DNA of 64,000 bases from Amphiscolops sp. MND2022 (taxonomy: Eukaryota): the NCBI GenBank assembly GCA_964187785.1, contig OZ076409.1, forward strand, positions 20,214,001 through 20,278,000, in the 5' to 3' direction. The position numbers were made by a program, and so were the translations under genes. Positions within the stretch are counted from its first letter, which is position 1, and each line of letters begins with the position of its first letter. Positions 44,348-57,644 of the stretch are shown here, piece after piece. Under the pieces are notes generated by a model. It was not told the DNA's origin. It saw only the letters and a program-made list of their open reading frames with translations, and searched no databases.

Positions 44348-46245
44348 GAGCAAGACACTTACAGTTGTAGTTTCTTTTCGTCAGTCACCCTGAAGCGTCC
44401 ACTTTTAATGAATTTTAGATGTAAGAGGTCCAGCTTTTTGGCCTAGCGGTTAAATCAAATTGGTGACGGGGCCTGAAAAGCAGGAGTACGTGGGTTCGAG
44501 TCCAGCACTAGACCAGATTTTCAAGCTTGCAATGGGTGGAGAAAAGACACTTAGATGTTTTTTCCACACGATGTGACTTCTGAATTTTTTTATCGGAGCA
44601 CCTTTTCCATTTTTAGCATATATATAGCGTTTTGCTAGCATAGGGGCCCTTATCTGCTAAAAATGGAAAAGGTCCGAATGTTTAAGGTATTTGATAGTGG
44701 AATCCAATGCTTTGCAGCGAAATTCGCTGCAGAAAAATCGCCAAAAGAGTGGAATCGACTGCAACGTAATAGCATTTGTTAGTGGATTACGCTGCACGCT
44801 TTCCAAAACTGCCGTCCAGCAAAATCCGCTGCAAAAATTCAAAATACCCACTTTTGGCACTGTAATGTACGGACCTCCAAAACCTCGTCCAAAACAAAAA
44901 CATCCACGTACAGAACCTAGAAAACATAGGATGCCCCCCTTGGTGTTTTTCACTCGATTTTTTCGGCAAAATGCGACTCTTTTTGAAGTTTTTTGGATTC
45001 CACCAAATGGTCTCGCCTTCGTTTGTTTCGATATTTTGCAATACAATGGATGTCAAAAAATCCCAAAGAGTTCCCCCTTTTACATTTTTCCGCACTGTGA
45101 CACAGTTCAAAAATCTCATTTTAAAATTTTTTTCCAGAAATTTTTCAAAATCTCCCAAAAGGCCCCCTTTAATTTTTTTTCATATTTTGCGCGCCAATTT
45201 GGTCCAACTTTAGGGTTTTTCGGGTACTGTAAAAGAATGCTTGACACTTTGAAGTCCTTTTGCCATTTTTAAGCCTTAGTTATCGCGCCCACTTATGCCA
45301 TTCCCGGCTTGTTGAGACAACTTTCGAGTTTTCTAAACAAATTTCTTAGAACAACAACCTTCCGAAACCCTTCTAACTTTTGTTGAATTGAACTTAGCTA
45401 GAATTGTACAACTAAGCTTAGAAATGAACAAGACGAAAACGTCTCAAGTCGGCGCCCGCTGAATGCCCAAAAAAGCAGTGTCATAAAAATAGCCTATTCT
45501 CATAAACCTCAGAGATCCAAAAATACCTTCCAAAAATCTCACTACAGAAAAAGATCCAGGTGGGCACACTTTGGTATCTACTCGTTCAGCAAAAAGAAAT
45601 AGGTTGTCAAGCACGGAATTCGATCCCGCACTCTCTTGGTTCCAAGGAATCACGCCTCCTTCCTCGCACGCTTTCCACTAGACTACGCGGGACAACAAAG
45701 TTAAATATATAATCTCTAAGTTCTAGTGGTCTTCTGAAACTCACTGCGTTTTCTAACGGAAACCCGACAAAAAGCACAAGCCTCTCACAAGTTTCTCCAG
45801 CACATACTGAAAATTTCATTTCGTAGGTTCGTTGCTATTTCATCTCTTCAAACTACTGATTTTTTAACAAGCCGGGGACGCCCCGCTCAAGGTTCAAACA
45901 GAATAAGGTGTTATAACTATGCAAAATTACACTATTTTGATACTTTTTCATCGAACTTACAGTGCCGAAAATACCCGAAAAGATAGTTAGGACTCGAAAA
46001 TCCGCTTTCCCTGACTGGCTCGAACATCAAAAACCCTAAGAGAAATTGTTTCAAAAAAATCGTATGGTGCCGAAAATCTCAAATGGAGACCATTCAACTT
46101 CGCAAAACGGTCAATAAAACATGATCCATTCCAAATTTATAAAAGTGGACGTGTCATGGTGGTTCCAAGAAAAAAAACATGCTAATGTAAGAGTCCTGCA
46201 CTTTTCGTCACAAAGCGCCGACTAAAAATAACGTAAACATTTTAA

Positions 46246-46733
46246 CCTTACCTTTGCCACTGTGCCAAATTTGGCACATTTAGTTTCTGCAAATTCTAAC
46301 TCTTGACAGAAAACTCTTGAATAGGATTTTCAGACGATATTGCATAGCATTTGGCGCCTTTTCACGGAATATTGACATGTCTCCGAAATCCAGAAAATAA
46401 GACAAAAAATTCAAAAAAACTGCAGATTTTCCATTTTCCAAGTTTTCGTTTCTGACCCTTTTAACCCACTGGTATCAACATTGGGTCAAAGCGGCCTCAG
46501 AATGTTTTGAAACATGCTGAAAAGCAATCAGAGACACGACGCGTGCAAAGTTTTGGCGCAAAGTCAGGAGCCAGTGCCAGCAGTTTAAAAATTGATTTGA
46601 AAGCCCTGATGCTCCTCTTTCGAAAGCTCTTAAAATCGTTTGTCGGACTTGAATAGTTTAGGAGATATTGCTGTTTTTAAAGTTTAAGCACCCGATTTTT
46701 GAATGGATCAAACTTTTCCTGGTCAACTTAAGG
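46246..46733. mobile_element. piggyBac-like MITE, family P1
   Basis: TTAA|CCTTA...CTTAAGG|TTAA; very similar to 32650-33178. Confidence 0.78.
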
Positions 46734-47662
46734 TTAAACTAATTCGGATAGAAACGTATGAGTCAGATATATTGTATTTGATTATTGACCTCATGATTTT
46801 GAGTAATTAAATGTAGAGAAAGATAAAGCACATTTTCCTGGCTAACATTCGGTTAAAACGTTTAAACGTTTTTGGCACACAGCCACTTTTTACAAGGAAC
46901 TACTTGACCGAATGGATTACTTTTCGATATTTTTTAATGAAGCAAAACCTGAGCAGAACAATTTTTTTTCTGAAAACACTCATTGATCTCATTTGAACAA
47001 CAAAGTTGGTTCAAAAGTGTTTCAAGATACTTGCAACATAAGATGAAAAAAAGCTGAATTGAAATTACGAGAACAAAAATTTAATCAGAATTCGGAGCCG
47101 AACTCAGCATACAAAAGGTCAATTTCCAATTTTTCTTCAGGTTTAACCTTATTCCGAGTTTCACGATGTGCACGTCCCATGGAAAAACAAGAGAGGAGGG
47201 CCCAATTCGGCGCTCCGCTTTAGGCTAAAAAAGCAAAGTCGGGACAATATGCGACGGGATAAATATTGAGAAAATTCGTATCAATCTTACAGTGCCGAAA
47301 AACACCCGAAGGAGCACCCTTGACACTCGTGGAAACGTCGCATAGTGCCAAAAACCAAAAGAGGGGCTTTAATAATTTAATACAATTAAAAGCCAACCCT
47401 GGCTAAGAGAATAAAGGCTCGCCACTTGACTTTTCAATATTTCAAGTTTAATAGTCTGGAATGGGCATCAACTTTTTCGGTTGATCAGAAATTAATCACT
47501 ATTCCTCAAAAAAACCCAATACATCAACAACAAGGTATTGGAGTCTCTAAAAAAAGATGAGCTTTCCATTCTTAATTCCGGATAATTATAAAATGCAGGA
47601 TCTGTTGTTAAACATAGATCAATTGATTACTTAAAATATTTACAAGGTTAGGAAGAGAGATA

Positions 47663-50600
47663 TCAGCTCAAATTAGCTTCAGCTGGAGAAAAAGGAGGCG
47701 GTTGTCTGTTAATTTCTTCTAATGCAGCAAACATGGGCAGCGAAGACAACCCGGACTTGTTCAAAAACACGAGGAAGCTGACCAACAAATGACGTAACTT
47801 GTCTTTGGCGTTCATCACACATAAACTGTAGCGTAACTTGAGGTACTCTATCAAGTTTCTGTCTTTTGCTACTGTGCATTCTGTCATGATGCGATACCTG
47901 AAACAACATTTCAGCATCACAATTTAAAAATGTCTATTGAAATGCCACATTAGAAACGATTTTAGTTTCGAAATTTATAATGAAGCAATTATTTTTGATC
48001 TTGTATAATTCGATTTTTAAAATTTTGACTCTAGAAACGCAACTGGGAATCCAGGAAGCACTATATCAAAAAATTTCGGGTCGATGAAAATTTCGAATAA
48101 TCAAATTTCGTTCAACTTTCTGATCAAGGTTTCGTCCAATCCTGGTCAACATGGCGCAATGGAGTTTGAAGATGTTGTTCTCAGTCAGCGTTTGGTTCCA
48201 AAAGAAAAGCAAATGATGAGTAAATTTTACCTGTTCACGGTATCGCCATGGGTTTGAACGATTGAGCGAATGGTGTTGAGGTTCCTTATCACCAGCAACA
48301 GAGAAAGAGGTATGGCCCTGAGAACGTTCATCACTCTCGAAAAATGATTCTCCAGGAAGGCATTCATGTGCTGCAAGTCCAGTTCAGTGACACCACCTGA
48401 AATAATAATTTAATTTGAATTTATCTGATATTAAATGACAAGAAGCACAAAACTAATACCAATCATATACCGTCATCAAATAACAGAACAGACTTCCAAA
48501 GGCATATGCCCGCTTAACGGAAGCCTGATAACAAGTAATTCATAACATATCAAAACAAAAATATGAGGAATGTCAATTTTTTTAATGATTTTTTTGATTT
48601 TTTAAAATTATTTTTTTTTGAAAAAAAGTAGGTCAGGAACCGTTTGATACTTTGCATTCAGATGTATTTCTTTACCAACAGATTAAACACACATTCGATA
48701 ATCCAGACTGAAGCAGCGAATTTTCTGATTTATATTCATCACTTTATATTGGAGTCAAACGAAAACTAAGCGCAAAAAGTACACGGTTAGAAAACGTTTA
48801 AAACTTTTCAAACACTGAAACAAGGAAGCAGCAATTTCAAAATCGCAGTTCACTCCTCCGTTGTTTTTACTGACTTCAAAACATGTCACTTTCCTAAAAG
48901 GAAGGGGATCAAACGTTCCAGGTGTCATAACATAGGAATGTATTCGAAAAAAACATCACTGTACTGATGAGCATCTCAAGATTTGGGAAACAACAAAACA
49001 AAACATTTCAATCGGTGCCCCGCTCACGGCTCAAAAAGTCTGTTAAGGACTTGGTGATGAGAAACTCTGAAAAATCCCAAAGTATAGGGAAATTTCGAAG
49101 GGGTCCTTCGGATACCTTTTAGATCTCTGGCATGAAGTCCGTAAAAATTGATCAGTCAGTGTCACGACTGTTGCCTGACAAAACACTTGGAAGGATAAGA
49201 GTCGGGCATTTTTTCTTACGAAAGGCACTGATGTCATTGATATGTCGGGAACATTTTATTACAAAAACAACAGTCTAAGTAAAGTTCAACTTTTTGATGC
49301 GCCGCTTCTGTTTGTCGTACATTTACCGCACAATAACTTACCTTTGAAGTAGGAGGAGAATGGTACGTTTGCATACCAAGGCCTCTGGAGAAGTACACCC
49401 GCCAAAATTGCAGTATCCTGCAAACCGTGAACGCCCAAATCGCTGGCATACTGCAGCATTTTATCCGTGTCGTCCAATATCATTGCCTTCCAAAATTGAC
49501 CCAAATTTCGCTGGAAAAGAACAGAGAAGTGATTTCACATCAGAAGTGATTTCACCAGAGCCTGATTCAGTTAATTAATTCTTGATCGGTTTAATTTTTT
49601 CAGCCAATTGAGGCAAACAGAATCGGAGAATTGTCAATCAAGCCTTACAAATAAACGGAGGACCCTTGAAACCTAAAATACACTATTCCTTAATTGAAAA
49701 GATCACAAAACCCAAAATTGTGAAAATTGTTGAGAATTTTTCGAAAATGCAGGAAAACAGAAACCAAAATGCTTTCTCCTGACTAAAACTATACAAAAGC
49801 TCAACGAGGGGGCCCTTCAAAAAACTCACTGTGTCGAAAAAAATTTTGACGGTCAAAGTTTGACCTAGCGTTTTCATTGAAAAAACAATGAAATTTTAAT
49901 CCTCAAGAGGATTCGAACTCGCGACCTGACGTCTGAGATTCCGCGGTACTAGTCCAGTTCTTTAATAATGAGGACATGAACCTGTCAGTTGTCGTGCTTC
50001 AAAAAAAAGTCAACACTAAAGTTGGGTATCACAGAAAGCGCTGACTAAAACGAACTGGGCAACCAAATACAATGGCCCTTTACAATGGTAACAAGCCGGG
50101 CCCAAGTCGGCGCCATATCTAAGACTCAAAAATAGCAAAATGACTTCAAAAAGTCAAAGTATTGGTGAATTGGGGACCCTTTCGTTTGAAAAGTCTCACA
50201 ATGCCAAAAAAAATTGTCGCAAAACTCAAAAAAATTGAAGGGCGGGACCCCTTTGGGGAATTTTTTTTCGAAAAAAGTCTCACAATGCCGAAAACTCTTT
50301 AGTCTCTCCCGATATTGAATGTTACGCGGAAAACAAGGAAAAAGTTTTTTCGTTCAGTTTCGTGGGCCAACAGGTACAATTTAAAATTTTGTAGAGCGTT
50401 TGGTAGAACTATTTTGGTCATTTCAGGTGTATCAAAAAAAACTGACGAAAAGCCATGACTATAGTCGACTCTTTTCTCAAGAAAAGCGCCGACTAAAAAA
50501 ATTAGCTTCCAAATGCGACTTACTTGAACTTGAGGTTCCACGTACTGATACAAGCCGTGATCGAGAAGCACCAGTTGAATATCATTGTTTGGCATTTTTC

Positions 50601-52143
50601 GCACAAACAGGTTTCCTGGATGCGGATCAGCGTGGACAAAACCTGACTGGAATATCTGGTAGCCGAACACACGACACATTCTCTCGCAGGCCAACCTCAA
50701 GTTGATACCTGCTTTTTTCATGCCTTCCAGATCGTCTACTGTAAAATCAGCACAGTGAATCCAAAAACATTGAATGTACCAGTTTTATAAAGATATATAT
50801 TTACAGTAACTAACAACTGGACGGACCCTGTAAAATAGCTGTCATAAAGCGAGGTTACTATTATGCGATAATACGAAATAGCGATTTTGAAATTAGCGGT
50901 TTAGCGAAAAAAAATAGCGATACCAAAACCTTGCTCTATGTGCATATAATCAACGTAAAAGTTGAATTTCGAAACGATTTATCCAAAAAACAGCTACCGC
51001 AGAAATATTAAGTAAGTATTACAGAATTATCATGGGATCTTACTTTTGAAAGCGTCTATGAATTCGGCTGTTAGAATTCGCTTCGAGCTGTATTCCCAAT
51101 ATACTTTGGGCACGTAGACGTATTTGAAATGTTTCAAATCTTCAGCACATTTTTCGGCATTCCTTCCTTCGTTTATGAAGTTCAGTTCTTGTTCTAGGGT
51201 ATCACATAACTCATTCACAGCCCATTTAAAATTGAAACCAGGAAACACCCATTCAGCTATGTCCATCAATACCTTGATCGTCCAAATATCACCTAAAACA
51301 AGCAACCTCGTTCATGGACTTACTATTACATTCAAAGAACCGAGTTCAAAATGAACGTTAATGGTAGATAATGGAAAAACTCGTAAAAGGTTCTAAAGCG
51401 TGAGAATTCCATAGTACTAACCAAAAAATCTGTCTTGGAGATCGATGTATTGAACTTTGACAGCCACTGGTTGTCCTGATTTTAATTTCGCTTTATACAC
51501 AGTAGCAATGCTGGCAGCGGCGATAGGCTCTTTGCCAAATTCAGAAAAAATAGCGTCACGAGAAGTGGCAAGATCCTCCTGTATTATTTCATTTACGTCA
51601 TCCGAATGAGATGTCAAAGCCATGTCATTTAATCTAGACAATATCTGGACATATGCAGGATGCAGCAAATGATTCATCACCGCTAAACCTTGTCCAAATT
51701 TGATATACAAGCCTCCATTCAGAATAGCTACAACAGAAAGATCAGTGAAACAAAATCAATCCCCAGTCGATACGGATACCGAACAAAATAGGAAGGAACC
51801 TGTATCGAAGAACCGTTGCGCAATCCGTGAGTGACACGCGTCCGCAATTTCTTTGTACCGTGGAGATTCTGGTTCGATATTATACACGCTGAAGAACAAT
51901 GAAACGTTTATAAGGGTTCAAAAATTTTAGGGAAGCTAGGAATACAAGTGACGCCAACCTCCATTTGAAGTCGAAAGTGACGTGAACTCCCAACCCAATC
52001 ATACGAAAAAAGCGGTTAATGCTGTGGAAAGAGGTTCGAACTTTTCTCTTCTGCTGTTTATCTAGTAACAAGTTATAACCCAGTCCAACAGCACTGCCAC
52101 AACCAGAGCTCAATATCACAAATCTAGGCAGTTTAGATCTCAT
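47663..52143 (-). CDS. ADCK5: aarF/UbiB-family atypical kinase, ADCK5-like, 8 coding exons, about 537 aa
   Basis: Exons 51959-52143, 51800-51888, 51422-51727, 51044-51292, 50524-50738, 49342-49510, 48231-48396, 47663-47897 (1614 nt, phases continuous). Motifs NGGLYIKFGQ, PIAAASIA, VAVKVQY, ELNFINEGRN, GFVHADPHPGN, LLDHGLY. LLQRP and RNLNTIRSI favour ADCK5 over ADCK1 (from recall). Confidence 0.88.
50089..50500 (-). mobile_element. Helentron/HINE-like element in an ADCK5 intron
   Basis: AACAAGCCGGGCCCAAGTCGGCGCC at left; AAAGCGCCGACTAAAAAA at right. Confidence 0.62.
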
Positions 52144-52659
52144 TCAATAATCTGAAAGCATATTTCAGTTCACACCTCATGATTTAGGCGATTGCATTTT
52201 GTGTAACAAACGAATAGCATCAGGTGATATGGTCTATTATCAGCTAACGGGCGAAACTATTTATCTAGCCCATTAGTATGTCTTTAGCAACTCTTTAAAC
52301 TCTATTTTAAAAATAGCATTGTCAAACTCTTGAAATTCTATCCCACATAGTACAAGCAGGAATGCAACAAACGAAATTTCAGAGTTTTTGAAACATTCCA
52401 AACCTTCAACGATTAAATAGGAGAAAGCTTTAAGGTTCCAATGAATCGAAACAGGACAACCATCTATTCATGTGCTCGAAAGACTCAGACATCGACAGTT
52501 CAAAAGGAACGAATAACCTTCGACGTATCAAACAAAACGCGACGATCGGCAATAGGATACCATATTTTGAGCTCCTCTGAAAGCAAACTAGAACTAACCT
52601 GTGATAACTAAGTCGACTAACTGCATGATTAAATGAGTTTCGAACTCGAAATGACTAAC

Positions 52660-53399
52660 CAGAAAAGCGATCTTGAAGATCGATAAATTGTATTTTGACA
52701 GCCACTCTTTCTCCTGTGACAAGAACAGCATCAAAGACTTCAGCAATACTAGCAGACGCAATGGGGCAACGATCAAAAGATTGAAATATTTGATTCAAGC
52801 TTTTCCCCAAGTCCTGTTGAATAATCTCGTCTGTTTCTTCTTCTTTTGATTTCAAAGCCATGTCGTTCAACTGAGACATTTTCTGCACATAAATAGGAGG
52901 AAAGGTTTGGTTACACGCTGCTATGGTTTGACCGAGTTTGATATATACCCCTCCAGTCTCAATAGCTAATCAAAAGTAAACTCATTTAGGTATTCACATC
53001 AAGTAATATAAAAATATCAGAATGAGCTAAATACTAACCCGCTTTCAAAATTCTATCAGCAGTTTTTTCATGAAATTTTTCCAATTGATCTTCATATTCG
53101 TGGGTTCCTTCAACGAAGTTCTCCAAACTGTTAACAAAACTAACTAAACTATGCGTTCTCGGAGACACTTGCACGAGACAAGTGAACTTCAAAAATATAT
53201 ACCTTCGAAAATCTTTTCTGATTTGCCATCCCATAACAGCCAACAAAATGGAGCGATCAATTCCTTGTTTCTTCAATCGTAACTTTCGTCTTTGTTGTGA
53301 CGTTAGCCCCAAATAATAGACATTATGGCCGACAAATATCGAAGTCACGAAGACAAAACGGATTTTCGATCCACCGAAAATATGCAAGAGACCACTCAT
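52660..53399 (-). CDS. Second, diverged set of ADCK5 coding exons 1-3 (alternative N-terminal module or partial duplicate)
   Basis: Exons 53203-53399, 53039-53127 (89 nt) and 52660-52965 (306 nt). Exons 2 and 3 have the same lengths and phases as 51800-51888 and 51422-51727. Motifs GGVYIKLGQ, LNDMAL, PIASASIAEV, VAVKIQFIDLQDRF; no stops. Confidence 0.85.
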
Positions 53400-54587
53400 T
53401 TCAAACTAAAAACTACAACCTAGAAAGCAGAGCATTCGTCACAATCCAGCTGCCGGTATTTTCTTAGGTTTCTAACAACTAAACAAACGCTTGGTTTAGG
53501 GGTCGAAACTACTTTTAAAAAACGACAGCGAAAGGAATTTGTGTCTGTTGATACACTCTGCAAACACAAAATTAACTTATAAACCAGCATAGTACACGTG
53601 AGGGCAGGATGCATTAGTAGTGCGGAACGACTTCAATTCACCCCTTGGTGAGTTTTTTGACAGATGAAGATTCAAGACTGCTGAAAAATTCAAATCATTT
53701 TTTATGCCAAAACTATTCCCAAAAAAATGCTAAACCGGACAGAAACATCTTCAAAATGAAATACTTCGTACACACTTTTTCATAATGAAATACAGTTCAT
53801 TTTTAACCAAGAATTTTTCCACTCTCAGATGACACAGATTGACGCTATTGAGTACCGTACTGGTAATCAAACCAAATCTCAATTCAAAAGATAGATCAAG
53901 CAATTATTAGATCATCGAGAACACAGTCAAAGATTCGACAGTAAGAAAATACTACACAGAAGTCGAAGACAGCAAACACCGTGTAGAACCGAATAAGAAA
54001 ATTTCCCTCATGGAAATCATGTTAGGCAGAATGGCTCACAGCCCTGGTGATGATGATGAAACGCTTTCTTAAGACTCGAAGCGTTCAGAAAGAAGTGTTT
54101 TCAGCTCCTATTTGAAAATTTCGGGGATGCAATGCTTCTTAAAATGTCTGGGAGTTAATTGCAGTTAGGTACCAGCGAAAGAAAAACATCGAAGGGCAAA
54201 ACTGTGGATTCCGGACATTTCGGCGACAAAATACCACGGAGGTTTCGACACCCACCATGAATTTGAAAATACGGGGTCATTTAATAAATACGAACTTCTT
54301 GACTTCAAAATCATCAACCAATTGTACGTACAAAACGTTCTCGTAAGTGGTAATGCTTTATCAATAGCATGTTTAGTGTGTTGTCTCGTGTTTCAGTATC
54401 GTGTGTATGGCGGATTCCCAAAGCGTCGAAATTTTGCAAACTATTCATCGCGCCGAAAAATAATTATTGAACGCTTCTGATTGGTTGAAAATTGAAATAG
54501 GAAAGAATTAAATTTGTTGAATTTGTGTGCTACACAGCATCGAACTAATTACGATAACGTAGTCAGCTATGTTCCCATACTCCTAGT

Positions 54588-54787
54588 NNNNNNNNNNNNN
54601 NNNNNNNNNNNNNNNNNNNNNNNNNNNNNNNNNNNNNNNNNNNNNNNNNNNNNNNNNNNNNNNNNNNNNNNNNNNNNNNNNNNNNNNNNNNNNNNNNNNN
54701 NNNNNNNNNNNNNNNNNNNNNNNNNNNNNNNNNNNNNNNNNNNNNNNNNNNNNNNNNNNNNNNNNNNNNNNNNNNNNNNNNNNNNNN
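54588..54787. other. Assembly gap (200 N)
   Basis: Run of n. Confidence 0.99.
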
Positions 54788-57644
54788 TTCATGAAAAAGT
54801 ACAATTCAGTTCACTGTCTGGTAGGTGCCTATCAAGTCTGCTATCCATTTCGACGTCCTTCAATTCATCGGTTTTTCAGTCAGCCGATACACTGGTCGGT
54901 TTTCAACCATCTAAACTTGACCAACACGTCTTAAATGTCAAAAAAGTATCGAAATATGTATTGTGCGGGAAGAACGCCTGAAACATGACATCTAAATACA
55001 AAACGGGAACAACATCTTGAACTGAATCATTTCTAAGGAATATCTTCTAAAGGTTTAGATGTTATTCCGTTTCTAAAAAAAGACATTTTGAAAGCGAGAA
55101 CATCATAAGCTGGGGCATATGCGGTGTATGCACGCTCTCTCTCATCGTTGCATAGATCAACTCACACTACGATCGCTTCGCGATCTCCGTTCACGCTAGG
55201 TATTTGCTCTTGTTCGACCTGCTTTAGCAATATGGGAACATAAGCAGCCTCAAGGGACCGCGGAACACTAGAGGAAATAGGGACATATCCGAGGCACTTT
55301 TTATACGTTTTGTCACTTCACAATTAAATACGATTTAGGAGCTGGCATTCTCTGGACCTTAGTTACAAAAAATGACATTTGGATTCTAGTTCATTATTCT
55401 TAGTTATAGGAGTGGGTTTCGATTTTATTCCCTAGATCGTATTTTCTGCACACTATTTCATAGTCCAATAAAAAAAATTAGAACAGTGGAAGAAAGTTTC
55501 AGCACGAGAAACATTATTTCAAAATCGGGGAATGACATCTAAAAAACAGGAAAAATGTCTGAATCTTTAGACGTTTTTGCTGAAAATGAGAAAACTTTAG
55601 ACATTGTTCCTTTAGACATTATTCCTCAGACGTTATTCCCGCCCCTGAAGGCCGATGAAGTTAATGCAGACTACTAAGGTTTTGAGCGCATTCCTCGTAG
55701 AGGTTGTCACGACCCGCTTCCGGCCGTGATTTTACTTGCTGCTCTGGGGTGAAGGGATTTGGCAGGAGTTGTTGCCATTGATAAAGCAAGTATTTTTAAA
55801 ACTGTTTATAAGACTTAATTCTACTTACAGTACAGCTGAATTATTTGATAATGGTTTTTCCGAACACGAAATCTATCGTAACCGATACGGAACGATTTGA
55901 GAAAGATTTTTTAAATTTGCTAAAACTTCCGGTCTATTGTTTTCACATGCGAAGCTATCTTCTCTTTCCGGTTTTGTTTTCTGAAATTTCCACACTAATC
56001 TAAATACTAAAACAAGAATATTTCCTAATATGGGATCATTTCTTCCTTCCCCACACTAAAATGAAAACATTGAAAATAATATTAAACTCCGGGATCCCAA
56101 CGGAGCTCAAACAATCTAAAATGAAAAAACATATAAAACAGTCCAGTGGAATTATTTTCCAGTATCAAAGTAGTAGTCAGTATTCGCTTAAGTTACAGTC
56201 AAGTAATTCAAGTGAATGTTCACAACGATATGACAACGTCGCTCAACTAGGCGAGCAACTGGTGTTTCTATTTATACGGACCACTAGCGTCTTCTTGCTG
56301 ATTGATCTTAGCTCAAACTAATAAAATCACGCTCGGTGACGCTATTTTAGCAACCTTAGCAACGCTATTTCAACTAAGAGAAAAGAATGAAATTGCCTAC
56401 GCTCTCCGCTTTTTCTCCGGCAGCCACCGCTGCTCAGCTATACCTAATCTTAATACGTACGGAGCAACTACGGAGTGAATTGCAAAATTGTATTCCGCTG
56501 CTTAGTTATAGATAATCTTGATACGTACGGAGTAACTACGGAAAGAATTTTGAAGTTATAACTAGAAGGCAGTGATCCAAACCAGTTTCAAACGAGGCTT
56601 TTCTTGAGTCGACGCATTTAATGTATTTTGGGACTAGGAGTATTACATAAGGAAAGATGTACCGTAAGAAAGGTTGGTGGAAATTGCAGTGGCATTTTTC
56701 ATATTCAGACTTTGTATCACTATGGTAAATCACTGGATTGCGTTGACATTACGTTTTGTTTAAATATGTTTTTAAAGAACAGATGTACGTATTTCATTAT
56801 AATACCTAAGATACCTTATTGATAATCCTAGTACAAGACGTAAAGTCAACGTTAATTTTTCCCGTTTTCAAGCCAGTAGTAATGGCTCCACCTTGCATCA
56901 ACAGCAATTATGCCAAGGACTGAATCACGATTGTGTTTTGACGAATTTTTTGGCTGTTGTGTAAAATGTTGAAGTTGCTTTAAATTTGGTACTGCAAATA
57001 CGTTGTGTTCATATATTTGACAGTATAATTATTGTTGCAATCCGTTAAAGTCCTGTTTGAACTAGTTTTTTGTGTTCAGTATGTATACTTTAGTATACCA
57101 TTAGCAAGAAATTCACATTGAATTTGAACTATCGTTTCCAAAAATTCTTTGCTCCGTTTCATTTCCGTCGCCATTTTTGCAAGTCATACCTTTGCTTCGA
57201 GTCTCAGCTTCCTAAGTTGAGAAGTGATTAAATGATCACGCCGGTGTACCTACGCGGATAGAATTACAAATTTACAAAATGTACTTTTATTTTGCCGCAA
57301 TTTTGAAACGCAAACAGGAAATGGAATTGCCTGAACAAAAATAATTTCAACAAATTATTACGGAAAAACGACGCAACTAGGATTTTCGATATCTGATTTT
57401 ATGACGCGGGACTGAAATAATTTGAATCATTAACGCTTTTTAGTGAAGAAACCCAATTTTTGTGATACCTAGGAAACTGTAGGTGAGGAACAAATGATGC
57501 TGAGAAGGTAGTTATATGTAGAAACATGTAAAACGAGTCAGTTAGTTTTGTAATTGCATTGCTTTTAAATTGTTCCGTTGTATAAACAAAAAACAAAATT
57601 TCCTTCAAAGAAATCACCGCTTTCCGGAGACTCTGATTTTTTAG

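Noticed and set aside
52160..52650. A possible own exon 4 for the upstream ADCK5 module
   Set aside because: The candidate acceptor near 52577 gives a short non-homologous peptide then a stop; no GDIWTI/ELNF-like sequence found.
54514..54981. ORFs spanning the N run
   Set aside because: Artefacts of the 200-N gap.
55650..57640. Possible 5' LTR or leader of the Gypsy element
   Set aside because: No second copy, PBS or TG...CA boundaries that I could confirm in this window.
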